A DNA stretch of 16,952 nucleotides from Candidatus Jordarchaeia archaeon. Lineage in GTDB: Archaea > Asgardarchaeota > Jordiarchaeia > Jordiarchaeales > Jordiarchaeaceae. Shown in pieces: positions 14,799-16,952 of the stretch. The translations under genes and the position numbers were made by a program. The stretch spans positions 1 to 16,952 of the forward strand of contig JAHQXB010000142.1 of the NCBI GenBank assembly GCA_029856435.1. The letters run 5' to 3'. Each line of letters starts with the position of its first letter. Positions within the stretch are counted from its first letter, which is position 1. Under the pieces are notes generated by a model, which saw nothing but the letters and a program-made list of their open reading frames with translations, was not told where the DNA came from and made no database searches.

Positions 14799-15461
14799 TT
14801 ATCTACTCTTTTTCTCATTGTATTCTCTCATGTACTTTTTCAAGTCTTCGTCTGTTAAGTCGTACCAGTTTTCATAATAGTCTGCAACCGCGAACATACA
14901 TGCTTCGCTAACAATGAGGCAAACTATTTCGTCTGCAAATTTTTCCACTCTTGCGAGAGAGCTTCTTGGGGAAACTGGTACTGCTACCACTATCTTTTCC
15001 GGTTCGTCTTTTCTGATCGATTTAACTGCAGCAATCATAGTGTAGCCTGATGCCAATCCGTCATCCACAACTATGACGGTGCGATTCCGTACATTTGGGG
15101 GTGGCTTATCCCCTCTAAATTCCTTTATTCTTCGCTCTATCTCTCTCCGAACACCTTCTGCTAGTTTCTCAATTTCCCCTTTTTCCAAACCGAGGCGCGC
15201 CACAAGAGGTTCATTCAACACGATTGTACCGTCTACAGTTACCGCGCCAAACCCAGCCTCTGGATTCCAAGGAATCTGAATTTTACGGGTGACTATCAAA
15301 TCTAGCTCTGCATTGAGTTCAAGAGCCACATAGACACCTACAGGAACGCCCCCCCTAGGTATAGCTAGCACTATGGCATCTTTGTTCCGATACTTTTCAG
15401 CTAACCGTTTTCCGAGCTCCTTGCCAGCATGTTCCCGATCCTTAAAAATTGAGTATCGCAT
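14799..15461 (-). CDS. Type I phosphoribosyltransferase family protein
   Basis: Motifs FKDREHAG, LAIPRGGVPV, RKI..P.NPE..FGAV, PRPP-binding VIVVDDGLASG, VVAVPV and VADYY. Confidence 0.93.
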   Translation of the reverse strand: MRYSIFKDREHAGKELGKRLAEKYRNKDAIVLAIPRGGVPVGVYVALELNAELDLIVTRKIQIPWNPEAGFGAVTVDGTIVLNEPLVARLGLEKGEIEKLAEGVRREIERRIKEFRGDKPPPNVRNRTVIVVDDGLASGYTMIAAVKSIRKDEPEKIVVAVPVSPRSSLARVEKFADEIVCLIVSEACMFAVADYYENWYDLTDEDLKKYMREYNEKKSR

Positions 15462-16371
15462 TCATAACCACAGTTAAACTGTATCAAAAAACCCTAAAAA
15501 ATTATCGAAGGAGTGATAAGTTAGCTCTATGACGCGATGCGATAGCTATGCTTTTCGGGCTTGAGTTGCTTATCGGCGAGTTTTTACCTGAATCTCTATA
15601 GATTTTCTCATTAATTTTTCCTAAACCTCTTCTTAACCCGGGGGTTACTTAAGGCTTCTTTTCACAAAAAAGGCGGAAAAAACCACATTTCTAGAAGGCG
15701 GGCACTGTTAACCTGGCGTCACTTGTTGTGGGCAGGTTCGTGGTGTGCAGGGAATGTCTTGGTTTAAGCCTAAATTCGGCGTTTAAGGCAGAGGAAAATA
15801 CTCACTTAAGACGTAGAAGGTGGGAAAAGTTACAAAACAGCACCACCTCTCAACAGGAGACGCTGAGGAAACGGTGCCGAAGGCGGAAAGGAAAAAGTTA
15901 AATGGAAAGTCTATATGACCTACCGTCGGTTATGTAACCTGTTCTGCGGCTTAATAATGTGTTAATTGAGCTGTATGTGGGAGTCGTAATCCGCTGCTTA
16001 GCTGCGTTCGGTGCTGTGTTGCATAATTTTACTTTTTCTAATGTTTATATAGTATTTTGAAATTTTTTCAAATTAGCGGTGGAAAATTATAAAAAATACA
16101 TCAAAAATATATAAAGGAAAAAAATAAAAATGGTACAACACAACAGCGTTTGGGAAATATTTATTAAGCTTTACTTATTCCTAAAATTGGATGAAATTAA
16201 CAATTGTTAAAAACTATATTTACAGGGAAGTGGAACAAATTGTTCGGTTTATTGATATATGCCGCCTATGCTGTTTTAAGAAAAGTTTATTACGCTTATA
16301 AAAACCTTACAAATGAGGAGAGAGTAGGCGAAGAATTGACAACTAATTAATGGTTAGGAGGAATTTTAAAT

Positions 16372-16638
16372 ATGTCAAGCTCCAAAGAAAAGAAGGGCCA
16401 AGTGGAGGTTAAGGCAGACCGTACATTAGACGCAATTGGACTCTACTGTCCGGAGCCCATATTCAGAACTAAAGAAGAGATCGAAAAGCTAGAAGTTGGC
16501 CAAGTCTTGGAGATCTTGGCTGACGACCCAGCCGCAGAGGAAGACATCACCCGATGGGCTAAAAGAACTGGGAACCAACTTTTAAAATTAGAAAAGAGTG
16601 GAAGAATACTGCGCTTTCTAGTGAAAAAACTAAAATAA
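16372..16638 (+). CDS. tusA: TusA/SirA family sulfurtransferase
   Basis: Motifs LDAIGLYCPEP (CPxP persulfide Cys), GQVLEILADDPAAEEDI..W. GGAGG SD upstream. Confidence 0.9.
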   Translation: MSSSKEKKGQVEVKADRTLDAIGLYCPEPIFRTKEEIEKLEVGQVLEILADDPAAEEDITRWAKRTGNQLLKLEKSGRILRFLVKKLK

Positions 16639-16952
16639 ATTGAACATCTAAAAAAACCTTAGCCAACGTTAGAAAAAGTAATAGTGAATAAACTCTGTGG
16701 GTAGGTTGTTTAATTAAAAATTCAACAAATGTTTCTCACTATATTCAGATAAATATTATTTCCTAAAGAATGTAAAAGATGTCTGGAAAGGCAGAAAATA
16801 TAAAAAAAGATAAAAATTGGAAACCTCTTCTATTTCTAAAATAGTTAGTGAATTAAAACTGTTATGCGTAAGCTCTCAGCGTACTCAGAATTCTAGTATG
16901 CTTTAAGGGGAAGAAAAGACTCAATAGTTGATGTGAATGGGGACTGTATGCT

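Noticed and set aside
15690-15705. RNase P RNA 3' motif (AGAAGGCGGGC)
   Set aside because: No matching upstream GAGGAAG/AxxCC motif or P1/P2 helices were found.
15845-15920. Glycine riboswitch (GGAGA-stem-GCCGAAGG)
   Set aside because: The required downstream CUCUCAGG segment is missing and the next gene is about 450 nt away.
1-16952. tRNA, rRNA, transposase, integrase, cullin or JAB/MPN genes
   Set aside because: No T-loop or cloverleaf signatures, rRNA motifs or matching ORFs were recognised in this window. Partners may lie outside it.

Overview
Archaeal chromosomal window, most likely from an Asgard archaeon. This is inferred from a eukaryote-like ubiquitin module, further eukaryotic-signature-like proteins and a PolB1-type polymerase. 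The left end carries a minus-strand ubiquitylation module: RING E3, ubiquitin, E2 and E1. The RING has an Rbx1/Apc11-like N-terminal strand, the ubiquitin ends directly in GG, and the E2 probably starts at a non-canonical codon. A GC-rich ~200-nt candidate structured RNA sits between the ubiquitin and E2 genes. A 109-bp MITE with IS1-like ends and a perfect 10-bp target-site duplication lies just upstream of the module's candidate promoter. Further right are a coiled-coil orphan, a 3-unit palindromic tandem repeat, a mu-adaptin-homology/Ig-domain protein, a metallo-beta-lactamase-fold hydrolase, a Cys-cluster orphan, an IFT52/GIFT-like protein and a PPC (DUF296) protein. These are followed by family B DNA polymerase with a sharp internal codon-skew block, a glycoside-hydrolase-like TIM barrel, a YagE-like DHDPS-family aldolase, a phosphoribosyltransferase and a TusA/SirA protein. 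No tRNA, rRNA, CRISPR array or transposase gene was recognised. All similarity statements rest on motifs read by eye and on recalled reference sequences; no database search was run.
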